Assembly (NCBI GenBank): GCA_003154195.1
Contig: PMCS01000005.1
Location: forward strand, 9,449-73,448
DNA length: 64,000 nt
From: Candidatus Omnitrophota bacterium
GTDB lineage: Bacteria; Omnitrophota; Gorgyraeia; Duberdicusellales; 4484-171
Direction: 5' to 3'
This document shows, piece by piece, positions 27,545 to 35,785 of the stretch. Every line of letters begins with the position of its first letter. Position 1 is the first letter of the stretch. The translations under genes were made by a program, and so were the position numbers. The notes beneath the pieces are model-generated. The model saw only the letters and a program-made list of their open reading frames with translations. It ran no database searches and was not told the origin of the DNA.

Positions 27545-27712
27545 GTTGACGCGGTGCTAGGTTAGGGCAATGGTAAAGAAGCCTGTATAGACTATGGCCA
27601 AGTAAAGGCTAAAAAATTGTTTTAAGCCCTTACCTTTACTCATACCGGCTTCCTCACCCTAACCTTAACCGATTACTATTACCGGCTTCCTAACCCTGAC
27701 CTTAGCCTCTTA
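27545..27712. repeat. Palindromic intergenic repeat element family 1, divergent copy 4
   Basis: ggttagggcaatggtaaagaagcctgtatagactatggcc...accggcttcctcaccctaaccttaacc...accggcttcctaaccctgacc. Confidence 0.55.
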
Positions 27713-29228
27713 TCTTCGCACGGTGCGCCCGGCGCACCAATATCGCCACTAAAATAAAGATGCCGGCCATCGCCAGGCGCGTCCCCCAAACAAAAGGAAC
27801 GTTTTTTGCCTCTACCCCTTTTAGCATGAACGTCGGCACGGCCTGCTGAAAAAACCAAAATCCTAAGACAAAAATCAAAAACGCCGGAGTGATGTATTTA
27901 ATAACAAATCTATAAAAACGCGGAATCGCCAGTTCCGCGCCGTGATGCATCTCTTCCCAGGCGTTATTTATCCCAAAAATCCACACGAAAAGAATGCATT
28001 CAATCAAGGCGAAAATAATCAGAAAAAATGAGCCAGCCCAGAAATCTAATTCATCCATCACCCCGCGGCTTAAAAAAAATATGGGGAATTGGCAAAGGAT
28101 AAAACTGACAACGCCTAATATCCCGATACTTTTTTTACGCGAAATCGCCAGGTCGTCGCTTAAAAAAGCCACTGCCGGCTCTAATAAAGAAATACTGGAA
28201 GTTATACCGGCTAAAAACAGGAGAAAAAACCATAAAAACGCGAAAATCATGCCGCCGGCCATCTGAGAAAAAATCAAAGGCATCGTAACGAAACCGATAT
28301 TAAAACTTCCGCTCTTTGCCGCCGCTAAACTGCCCGCCCCGCCGAAAAACATAAAACTAAGAGGGATAACGATCGTCCCGCCTAAAATAACTTCGGCGAA
28401 TTCATTCAGGGAAGCCGCGGTCAACCCGGATAAAACAATATCATCACCCTTAGAAAGGTAACTGGCGTAAGTGATGATTACGCCGATACCCACGCTTAAA
28501 GTAAAAAGGATCTGCCCGCAAGCCGCGAGCCATACCTTGGCGTCCCCTAAGGCTCTAAAATCCGGGTTCCACATAAACCCCAGGCCGCCGAGGACATTCC
28601 AATCGGGATGTAATTTGTTCGGCGCGCCTAAAGTCAAGACCCGGACGACGATGATAAAAGCAGCGACAAATAAAAGCGGCATGGCAATTTTACAAAGCTT
28701 TTCGATACCGCCCTTCACTCCTTTGTAGATAACCAAAAAATTTAAGAAAAAAGTAATGACAAAAAATAAATACGATAAAGGAAAAATCTTCGATGAACCG
28801 ACCCCCTGATATTCCTGCAAAAAGGCAAGCGCCTGTTCTTTGGTCGTCATCCCCAGAAACGCGCCTTTCAGCGAATAATAGCAATAGCCCATCAGCCAGC
28901 TTTCGATATAGGTATAGTAGATAAAAATCATCAGCGGGCCGAATACGCCGATGGCGCCTAAATATTTAGCGGCGCGGTTACGCGACAGGCGGCTAAAAAT
29001 CAACGGCGCGGTCCCGTGGCCGAAGAGGCCGCCGTAACGGCCGATCGCCCACTCGATCCACATCAAGGGGATCCCTAAAAAAATAAAGGCGATGAAATAG
29101 GGGATTAAAAACGCGCCACTGCCGTTTTGCACCGCCTGAGAGGGAAAACGCAAAAAATTCCCCAGCCCGACGGCCGAACCGGCCACGGCTAAAATTATCC
29201 CGATTTTATTCGTCCACTTCTCTCTCAT
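27702..29228 (-). CDS. Sodium-dependent transporter, NSS/SNF family
   Basis: WTNKIGIILAVAGSAVGLGNFLRFP NSS signature, ~12 TM helices. The start is the internal ATG at 29228 (MREKW), which immediately follows a perfect TAAATATTTTTGC-TTT-GCAAAAATATTTA palindrome. Confidence 0.8.
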   Translation of the reverse strand: MREKWTNKIGIILAVAGSAVGLGNFLRFPSQAVQNGSGAFLIPYFIAFIFLGIPLMWIEWAIGRYGGLFGHGTAPLIFSRLSRNRAAKYLGAIGVFGPLMIFIYYTYIESWLMGYCYYSLKGAFLGMTTKEQALAFLQEYQGVGSSKIFPLSYLFFVITFFLNFLVIYKGVKGGIEKLCKIAMPLLFVAAFIIVVRVLTLGAPNKLHPDWNVLGGLGFMWNPDFRALGDAKVWLAACGQILFTLSVGIGVIITYASYLSKGDDIVLSGLTAASLNEFAEVILGGTIVIPLSFMFFGGAGSLAAAKSGSFNIGFVTMPLIFSQMAGGMIFAFLWFFLLFLAGITSSISLLEPAVAFLSDDLAISRKKSIGILGVVSFILCQFPIFFLSRGVMDELDFWAGSFFLIIFALIECILFVWIFGINNAWEEMHHGAELAIPRFYRFVIKYITPAFLIFVLGFWFFQQAVPTFMLKGVEAKNVPFVWGTRLAMAGIFILVAILVRRAHRAKIRG

Positions 29229-29519
29229 AATAAATATTTTTGCTTTGCAAAAATATTTATCTGGCAAAAAATGCTTTTCCCTAACGCATTTTTTGGGATA
29301 ATTTAGTATATCACCTATCGGTTTTTTATACAATATTTTTTGCGGTAGATTTAAGGAAGGGCTGAAAATATTTGGAAGAAAAATACTCTCATGACGCCGC
29401 CCCAGTTCGAAAAGAACGCTGAAAGCGCTCTTTTCGAACTCGCAGGGGAGGCAGTATCAATGAACCGCCATGGGAGAAATACAAAACTAAGGTTATGAAG
29501 ACGATATTGAAATCGGCTA

Positions 29520-29722
29520 AGGATAGGGTTAGGAAGCCGGTTTGATAAATACTGGGCTAAGGTAAGGGTTACGAGGCCGGTTTGGGCTAAGGTTATGGTT
29601 CGGGTTTAAATCAATATTTTTAGCCCTTGCCTTAACCCTAACCCATACTGGCATCATGGCCCTTGCCCTAACCGTTTTTTAATCCATACCGGCATCGTAA
29701 CCCTTACCTTAACCCGGTATTT
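29520..29722. repeat. Palindromic intergenic repeat element family 1, compound/inverted copy 5
   Basis: Contains arms in both orientations (gggttaggaagccggtttg and gcccttgccttaaccctaacccatactggcatcatggcccttgccctaacc). Confidence 0.6.
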
Positions 29723-29723
29723 A

Positions 29724-31640
29724 CTACTCGTTCTTTTTGCCGGTTTTTCGCACAACCGCGATTACCACAATCAACAACACGACGAACACAACCAATCCGA
29801 TGCCGGATAAAATTATCGCGGGTATGGCGTTGACCGCGCTGCCCAGCATATTGGCGAACATCTCGATCATTCGTTCTCTGGCCTTGTGCAGGTTTTCGCG
29901 CCACAACGCCTTCCATTCTGGGACATACAAATCGAGCGAGATACTGGCGCTGCCGGTAAGGTTCTTACCAGCCAAATCCAACGCCGGGTCTTTCGAATCA
30001 ACGCTGAACCCTTTCACACTGCCTATTTTTTTAAGCGCCGCAATAGCCTCCTCCGCTTTATTCAACGGCACGCGCAAAGCGACTTGCGCGTAATTGCTCG
30101 ACGCCGACTCCTGATTAAACCCACCGGAAATAATTCGGCCGGATTTTTCTTTCGCTAATCCGGCTACCGTGTCGTAAGCTTTTTGCAGGTCGTCGATTTC
30201 TATCTTCAGGTAAGCGCCGTATTTAGCCGCCGGCGCGAATAAATCGACGGTTACCGTGGACATGCTGATAAGGTTGTCCAGTTCCGCCATCCGCGCCTTG
30301 AACATTTCCATCCTGCGCTCATAAGGGGTGAGTTCATTTTCTACGCGGATCGCCTCATCGACGCTATTGGACTTATTTTCGTATTTCTTGCGCAGTTTGT
30401 CGTAAACAACTTTAGTAAGATTAAATTCGGAAAGCAAATTCTTGTACTCTTTAGAGACGTCGCTGCTCTGGAGGTCAAATCCTTTCACACTGCCTAATTT
30501 CTTGATCTCCTCAAGCGCTTCTTCGAGTTTGTTTTTAGGGATACGTAAAATTAATTTCGCCGCTATCTTCGCGGTCAAGCCTTCATCTGTTTTTTCTTCG
30601 CGAAAATTGGCCTGCGCCAGATAGCCGCCTTTAGCTTTAGAAATTTTAGCGGTTTCGCCATAGGCGCTTTGGACATCCGGAACCTCCACGCTGACATTGG
30701 CATTACGGATAACATATTCTTCCTGGCCGGTCGCCGGTAAAGTTATGTCCTGGATAATAATCGGGCCGGTTTCGCCTTCTGCTGCCTGTTCCGCCACAGC
30801 CATGGGGACGATTTTATCGGCAAGCATCCGCTGGGAAAGCTGCATCGCCGAAGCCTTACCGGCAGACTCCCCTATCCAGCCCAATGTTTCCGCTTCCACG
30901 GATGAAGCAGTGCCGGATGCATGATTAAAAAACTTCTCTTCGTGGTCGCCGTGGTACATAGTCTTGCCGTACTGCTGGTCATATATAGGTTTCGCGGAAC
31001 CGACTATTACATTAGCTTTCCCGCTTGCCGCCAGGGCATTGTGCCCGCCACGGGCAAAAAAACTCTTCATGCCCTCTGAAAAACCGGCATCTGAACTCAT
31101 ACCCGTGCTATTCCCAACGTGTGCCTCCCACAAAGCGGAAAGGGCTTTTACATTATTGGATAAAGTTCTCTCTAGGTCCGCGCGATACTCTTGATTGTTG
31201 AAATCGGAGTTGGGCACGGACGTAACCTTTTTGGCGGCTGACAGGCTAAATTCCTCTCCCATCCTGTCCGATGAATCCTTCAGCCGGCCTTGAAACCCGG
31301 CTTTAACAAACACCTGTCCCACCAAAACAAAAATTATAATAGTCGCTAATGCTCCTGAACCGATCCCTACGCCGATCAGTGTTTTCTTATTCATCTTCGA
31401 CACCCCCTTGTATTTTTCGCCCAAAAAATCCGTTCGGATTTTTTGTTCTAAGTCAGGAGTCAACTCCTGCTCTGGCCATTGTTTGAGAACGGACGATAAT
31501 TTTCCTAAATCTCCCAGGTATTTTTTACAACTCTCACAGGTTTGAAGATGTTTTTCAACAAACTCTCTTTCCCGGGGCGAGAGTTCATTGTCCATGTACG
31601 CGCTGATCAATCTTTTTATTCTAAAATGGATAAACATCAT
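29724..31640 (-). CDS. Anti-sigma factor (zf-HC2 type) with single TM, two extracytoplasmic DUF4349-like repeats, and a C-terminal TM anchor
   Basis: N-terminal ISAYMDNELSPREREFVEKHLQTCESCKK (HxxxCxxC) and TM LIGVGIGSGALATIIIFVLVG. Two repeats with KxGxVKGF...DVSKEY...L pattern, and a C-terminal hydrophobic helix. The start overlaps the sigma-factor stop. Confidence 0.6.
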   Translation of the reverse strand: MMFIHFRIKRLISAYMDNELSPREREFVEKHLQTCESCKKYLGDLGKLSSVLKQWPEQELTPDLEQKIRTDFLGEKYKGVSKMNKKTLIGVGIGSGALATIIIFVLVGQVFVKAGFQGRLKDSSDRMGEEFSLSAAKKVTSVPNSDFNNQEYRADLERTLSNNVKALSALWEAHVGNSTGMSSDAGFSEGMKSFFARGGHNALAASGKANVIVGSAKPIYDQQYGKTMYHGDHEEKFFNHASGTASSVEAETLGWIGESAGKASAMQLSQRMLADKIVPMAVAEQAAEGETGPIIIQDITLPATGQEEYVIRNANVSVEVPDVQSAYGETAKISKAKGGYLAQANFREEKTDEGLTAKIAAKLILRIPKNKLEEALEEIKKLGSVKGFDLQSSDVSKEYKNLLSEFNLTKVVYDKLRKKYENKSNSVDEAIRVENELTPYERRMEMFKARMAELDNLISMSTVTVDLFAPAAKYGAYLKIEIDDLQKAYDTVAGLAKEKSGRIISGGFNQESASSNYAQVALRVPLNKAEEAIAALKKIGSVKGFSVDSKDPALDLAGKNLTGSASISLDLYVPEWKALWRENLHKARERMIEMFANMLGSAVNAIPAIILSGIGLVVFVVLLIVVIAVVRKTGKKNE

Positions 31641-32272
31641 CTCAACTCTCCCATCACCAGCATCAGTTCTTTTCTTAATTTTTCGCGGCCGCGAAAAATT
31701 AATACTTTCACCTTTGCCAGCGAACAATTTAAAATACCGGCGATTTCTTCATAGTTCAACTGCTGGTATTCCCTTAAGATTACCGCCTCGCGATATTCAT
31801 AGGGGAGTTTTTCTATCGCCTTCTTGACGATCGCGGCGCGCTCGTTATCCTGCGCTTCCGCGTCAGGGGAATATTTAGTATCCGGTATCTCCAGCTCTTC
31901 ATATTCACTGTCTTCCGCTTCTTTTTTAAACCACAAAAAAACGATTTTCCGGCGTTTCCGTATCCGGTCGACGCAGGAATTATGAGCAATCGTATACAGC
32001 CAGGTAGAAAATTTCGCTCTTACTTCATATTTATCCTTTTGCGCCGTTACGGCGTAAAACGCCTCGCCCACCACGTCTTCGGCGTCGGCAAGATTGCCCA
32101 ACAGCCTTAACGCGTAGTTTAAGAGGCGCTTTTTATAGCGTTGGAAGAGTTCTTCCAAAGCGTCAATATTTCCCATCCGATAGTCGGTCATAAGTTCTTC
32201 GTCCGGTTTGGTCATATTGTTTGAGTTTTCGCGATTTCTTTCTTCCATAAGATTAAACGCGCGAAGCGCCAA
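31637..32272 (-). CDS. ECF-type RNA polymerase sigma-70 family factor
   Basis: Region 2 (YALRLLGNLADAEDVVGEAFYAV...FSTWLYTIAHNSCVDRIR) and region 4 (EAVILREYQQLNYEEIAGILNCSLAKVKVLIFRGREKLR). Confidence 0.8.
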   Translation of the reverse strand: MALRAFNLMEERNRENSNNMTKPDEELMTDYRMGNIDALEELFQRYKKRLLNYALRLLGNLADAEDVVGEAFYAVTAQKDKYEVRAKFSTWLYTIAHNSCVDRIRKRRKIVFLWFKKEAEDSEYEELEIPDTKYSPDAEAQDNERAAIVKKAIEKLPYEYREAVILREYQQLNYEEIAGILNCSLAKVKVLIFRGREKLRKELMLVMGELR

Positions 32273-32603
32273 AAAGTTACACTTTTTTTACTACAAAGAC
32301 GCTAAGATTATAAATACATACCTGCATTTTAAATTGCTCATTGAACATTGGTTATTTTAAATTTTTTAAAAAGAAAAACAAATTAATACAGGGAAAATGG
32401 AAGACCGAGAAGAAAAGCTTAAAACCCAAACCTTACCACAAAGGCACCAAGCGCACGAAAAGAAAGCACAAATTCATCAAAAATGTTAATCTTAGTGGAC
32501 TTAGTGTCTTGGTGGTAAGGTTTTACGGTTTTAATCTTTTTTGTGCCTTGGTGGTAAATCTTTTGGTTTTTCTTTAATAGAATTATCCGCCCAATGGGTA
32601 GTT

Positions 32604-33035
32604 CTATTTTTTAATCCCTTTAATCAAGGTGTCAATCTCGGATTGGGAAAGGATGCGGTCGCCGGAAAAACGGGCAAGCAGGTCTTTTACGGGAAATACC
32701 TTTATTTTTTCGCCGTTTTGTATCGTTTTAAGCTCCTGGGGCAAAGATAAGACCGCGCCCAGATAAATCATCGAGGAGGGAACCGGCCCGAACTCGAACG
32801 ATTCATAAAAGATATAAAATCGGTTATGGGTAAGCGAATAAGCCACATCGCCCGCGGCCACGCTGTGCATCGCCGGCCCGCCCAGGGATGTTTGCGCGGG
32901 GGCAGCGAAAAAAACCGAGCGATCCCCCTGATTCAATACCGTCTCAATCGGCAATAGCGCGGCGACTTTTGTCCCCACGGCGCCGGAAAACCGCGCCTGG
33001 AAACTGACATGCGGGGTTTCGAAAGTAATATCCAT
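32604..33035 (-). CDS. Hypothetical protein (likely start at internal MDITFETPHV)
   Basis: ORF only. The N-terminal extension in the track reads through the intergenic palindrome. No recognisable motif. Confidence 0.3.
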   Translation of the reverse strand: MDITFETPHVSFQARFSGAVGTKVAALLPIETVLNQGDRSVFFAAPAQTSLGGPAMHSVAAGDVAYSLTHNRFYIFYESFEFGPVPSSMIYLGAVLSLPQELKTIQNGEKIKVFPVKDLLARFSGDRILSQSEIDTLIKGIKK

Positions 33036-33039
33036 AGTG

Positions 33040-33185
33040 AAACGACCTAGGCTAATGGCTGAAAAAGGATATCGGGGCATCAGGAAACTAGGATTTGGGT
33101 ATTGGGGAAGCAGGGAATTAGGAAATATACCCAATATCCCAGTTTCCTGATATCCAAATCCCGATATCCCGGTATCCTAATGCCC
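33040..33185. repeat. GGATTTGGG-unit palindromic element
   Basis: aggaaactaggatttgggtattggg ... cccaatatcccagtttcct inverted repeat plus gatatccaaatcccgatatccc. The same ggatttggg units recur at 14040-14150. Confidence 0.5.
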
Positions 33186-33845
33186 TTATTTGTTACGGTC
33201 CTTAGCCCTGAACGTAAACTCCTCCATATCCCTAGGCAATCTGACCTTTAAATTAACTTCGTCATGGCTCACCGGATGGACAAATTGCAAGAAACAAGCA
33301 TGCAGGGCGAGCCGCCGGAATTTAACGGCAAAATCTTTGCCGAACGCGTATTGTCGTTCGCCCAAAATAGGATTGCCTAACCCCGCCAGCTGTATCCTTA
33401 ACTGGTTTGTCCTTCCCGTAAAAGGAATCAGCTCCACAATACTGTACTCCGGAAAATCACGCAATACCTTATAATAGGTTTTCGCTAATTTAGGTTTTTC
33501 GCCGAACCGGCTGCCTTCGTTATCGATAATTTTCCCCTCGATAAACCCGCGATACTTACGCATTCTTCCGCGGACAAAAGCGATATATTTTTTCTTGATT
33601 ATACCGTCGCGAAACTGGTTCATAATTTTTTCCTGGACCTCGGGGCTTTTAGCGTAGATGATTAAACCGGTAGTCTCACGGTCAAGGCGATGGCAGGGAT
33701 AGACCTTTTCCCTAAGCCGTTCCTGCAAAAGCGAGGTCAAGGTATTCCTTTCGCCTTTCGGTGACGGCTCGACCAGAAGTTTGGCGATCTTGTTTACCAC
33801 CACCACGTACTCGTCGTTAAAAACAATGTCGAAAGGATTGTCCAT
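33186..33845 (-). CDS. RluA-family pseudouridine synthase
   Basis: HRLDRETTGLIIYAK catalytic Asp motif, and VVVNKIAKLLVEPSPK N-terminal region. Confidence 0.8.
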   Translation of the reverse strand: MDNPFDIVFNDEYVVVVNKIAKLLVEPSPKGERNTLTSLLQERLREKVYPCHRLDRETTGLIIYAKSPEVQEKIMNQFRDGIIKKKYIAFVRGRMRKYRGFIEGKIIDNEGSRFGEKPKLAKTYYKVLRDFPEYSIVELIPFTGRTNQLRIQLAGLGNPILGERQYAFGKDFAVKFRRLALHACFLQFVHPVSHDEVNLKVRLPRDMEEFTFRAKDRNK

Positions 33846-33960
33846 AAAATAGATAGACAGATGTCAGATGGTCAGATATCAGATGGTCAGATATCAGATG
33901 GTCAGATGCCAGGCAAACAGACAGTAGAGCGCATCTTGTTTCTTATCTGTCTATCTGTTT
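33846..33960. repeat. Tandem CAGATGGTCAGATAT x3 plus inverted repeat atagatagacagat/atctgtctatct
   Basis: Seen directly. Reverse-complement related units (atctgatatctg) occur on the other side of the adjacent gene at 34340-34390. Confidence 0.6.
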
Positions 33961-34349
33961 ATCTGATTATGCCCTTCAAAAACTGAAACAATAAATTGAT
34001 AAAGCATTCTACTCAATTCGTCTATTGTATCCCTTAATTGCACATAAAGCAATTTGTCGCCTAACGATTTTGTTTCAAAAAGCAAATCCAAATGCTCCTT
34101 TGTCTCCTGGTTCGATGCATAAGAACGATGCAAATAATGCAAATATTCATTTTTATAATTCCTCAAAGCGAACCCTTCCACAATCTGTGCTGATACAGAT
34201 TTTGACGATCTTCTTATTTGAGAGCCTTCTTCATATAATTCGAATTGCGGTAGAGTTAAAGACATTTTGTGAATATCGACTGCCAACTTATGCGCTTTTC
34301 CATAGATCTTCAGATCTTCCAACTTCATGCATTTCACCTCCCATCCCAA
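33951..34349 (-). CDS. Four-helix-bundle protein (23S rRNA intervening-sequence protein family, TIGR02436-like)
   Basis: LKIYGKAHKLAVDIHKMSLTLPQFELYEEGSQIRRSSKSVSAQIVEGFA...EHLDLL matches the characteristic helix 1-2 pattern of this family. Confidence 0.65.
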   Translation of the reverse strand: MGWEVKCMKLEDLKIYGKAHKLAVDIHKMSLTLPQFELYEEGSQIRRSSKSVSAQIVEGFALRNYKNEYLHYLHRSYASNQETKEHLDLLFETKSLGDKLLYVQLRDTIDELSRMLYQFIVSVFEGHNQINR

Positions 34350-34390
34350 TCTGTCATCTGTTTATCTGATATCTGCCTATCTGATATCTG
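34340..34390. repeat. ATCTGATATCTG-unit repeat, inverted partner of 33846-33960 repeats
   Basis: catctgtttatctgatatctgcctatctgatatctg. Confidence 0.55.
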
Positions 34391-34774
34391 TTAATCCGCC
34401 GCCTTATTCTTTCTAATTATTATAAACAAACCGGCAAAGGCGCCGAAAGAATTAGCCGCCTGGTCGAGCAGTTCGAAACTCCGGTAAGGAAGAAAATACT
34501 GGATGCATTCGATCGCGAAACCGAAGAAAAAACAGTAAAAAAAGGTAAACCAACGGGGGTATTTTTTGTAACTTCTTAAACGGGTATTGACTAAAATAAA
34601 CGATAACAGAAAATACATCGCGAAATGGACGATTTTGTCGGCATTAGGAAAGGAAACGGCCTTAGGGGTATGGACGGGAATGACCGATACCGTAAAGATA
34701 AAACAACTGTAGATCGCTACGGTAATCCGGGAAAACAAATATGACATAAGCCAACCAAATTTTGCATTGAACAT
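34391..34774 (-). CDS. VanZ-like family membrane protein
   Basis: Four TM segments, KIVHFAMYFLLSFIL and FGFAIECIQYFLPYRSFELLD motifs. Confidence 0.6.
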   Translation of the reverse strand: MFNAKFGWLMSYLFSRITVAIYSCFIFTVSVIPVHTPKAVSFPNADKIVHFAMYFLLSFILVNTRLRSYKKYPRWFTFFYCFFFGFAIECIQYFLPYRSFELLDQAANSFGAFAGLFIIIRKNKAAD

Positions 34775-34863
34775 TTATCATTAGACAATGATCATTGGAA
34801 AATATTATTTTCCCTCATTTTAAAATGAAGATTGATCAATGTTAAATTTAAAATTGTTTCAAA

Positions 34864-35052
34864 TCAGGTCTTTTTATCGCCGCCAGCGCCGTAACGCGCC
34901 AGCGCTTTCCTTATCCGAGCAGGCACGCATAGACATCTAAGCTCATTTATCTCCTTAAGCCAGATAAGTTTATTTCTGGGAGAAATCAACATCCCCCGGC
35001 GAATTCTTTCCTCCCGGCTTTCCCAGCCAAAATCTATATTTTTTCCCTTCAT
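34864..35052 (-). CDS. Small hypothetical protein, translationally coupled to upstream nucleotidyltransferase-like gene
   Basis: 4-bp overlap with 35049-35549. Basic. No motif recognised. Confidence 0.3.
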   Translation of the reverse strand: MKGKNIDFGWESREERIRRGMLISPRNKLIWLKEINELRCLCVPARIRKALARYGAGGDKKT

Positions 35053-35549
35053 CTCTTACCTAACTTCTTAATTATTTTTAGTTCTTGCACATCAAGCAAA
35101 TCTTTCTCCCGGCCGGCAGCACGCTTCATCGCGATAAGCGCATCAATCGATGCCACCGGAATGCAACACTGCCCCGCTTCTATCTTCTTCGCGCCCCTTA
35201 ATACGGCGGTAAAACTTACCGGCGTATCCACGATAATATCAACTTCTTCATAACCGGCAGTATCTTTATAAAAATTAAACGCCTTCAAATTTTTCTCTTT
35301 TACCCAAGTATCCCTTATTTTTTTATCGGCAAAATCCAAAGGATTCACCGGCTGCTTAACATGATAACCTTTTTTTATTAATATTTTTATCGCTTTCTTC
35401 AGGTTATCCTCGTCCATCGCCAATAAAATATCTAAATCGCCGGTAGCCCGATAGCCGCCAAGCAGATTAAACGCCACGCCGCCGACCACGACAAACCTTA
35501 CCTTAGCCTTGTTGAACGCGCGCAGTATCGTTTGATAAATCATCGTCAA
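35049..35549 (-). CDS. Nucleotidyltransferase-fold protein (AbiEii/MNT-like)
   Basis: VVVGGVAFNLLGGYRATGDLDILL resembles the GG...S/T.D.D nucleotidyltransferase motif of DUF1814/AbiEii-like proteins. Confidence 0.4.
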   Translation of the reverse strand: MTMIYQTILRAFNKAKVRFVVVGGVAFNLLGGYRATGDLDILLAMDEDNLKKAIKILIKKGYHVKQPVNPLDFADKKIRDTWVKEKNLKAFNFYKDTAGYEEVDIIVDTPVSFTAVLRGAKKIEAGQCCIPVASIDALIAMKRAAGREKDLLDVQELKIIKKLGKR

Positions 35550-35619
35550 TCAGTATACCAAAAGCCGTTGCCTTGTCAAAATAAAAACCCCCGGCATTTA
35601 CGCCGGGGGATAATTAAAA

Positions 35620-35785
35620 CTTGGTTAGGGCAAGGGTAATGATGCCGGTATGGGCTAAAGACTTGGCTAGGCAAGGGCCATGATGCCAGTATGGGTTAGG
35701 GTTAGGGCTGTAAATTTGTATTAGCCCTGACCTTTGCCTTTACCCAAACGGGCTTCTTAACCCTGGCCTTTACCAATCTTTTTTC
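35620..35785. repeat. Palindromic intergenic repeat element family 1, copy 6 (with duplicated left arm)
   Basis: ggttagggcaagggtaatgatgccggtatgggctaaag + ggcaagggccatgatgccagtatgggttagggttagggctgtaaatttgtattagccctgacctttgcctttacccaaacgggcttcttaaccctggcc. Confidence 0.7.

Noticed and set aside
29737-31194. Several 60-120 aa plus-strand ORFs overlapping the anti-sigma gene (29737-30093, 29886-30158, 30442-30624, 30697-30924, 30964-31194)
   Set aside because: They are antisense to a well-supported long CDS, with no independent signals.
33846-33910. CRISPR array at the CAGATGGTCAGATAT tandem repeats
   Set aside because: Units are 15 bp and directly abutting with no spacers. No cas genes. The inverted partner repeats on the other side of the gene indicate terminal repeats rather than CRISPR.
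6100-35785. Telomere-like TTAGGG repeats inside family 1 elements
   Set aside because: Only 2-3 units occur per copy, embedded in a longer conserved palindromic element. It is a coincidental sequence resemblance in a bacterial chromosome.
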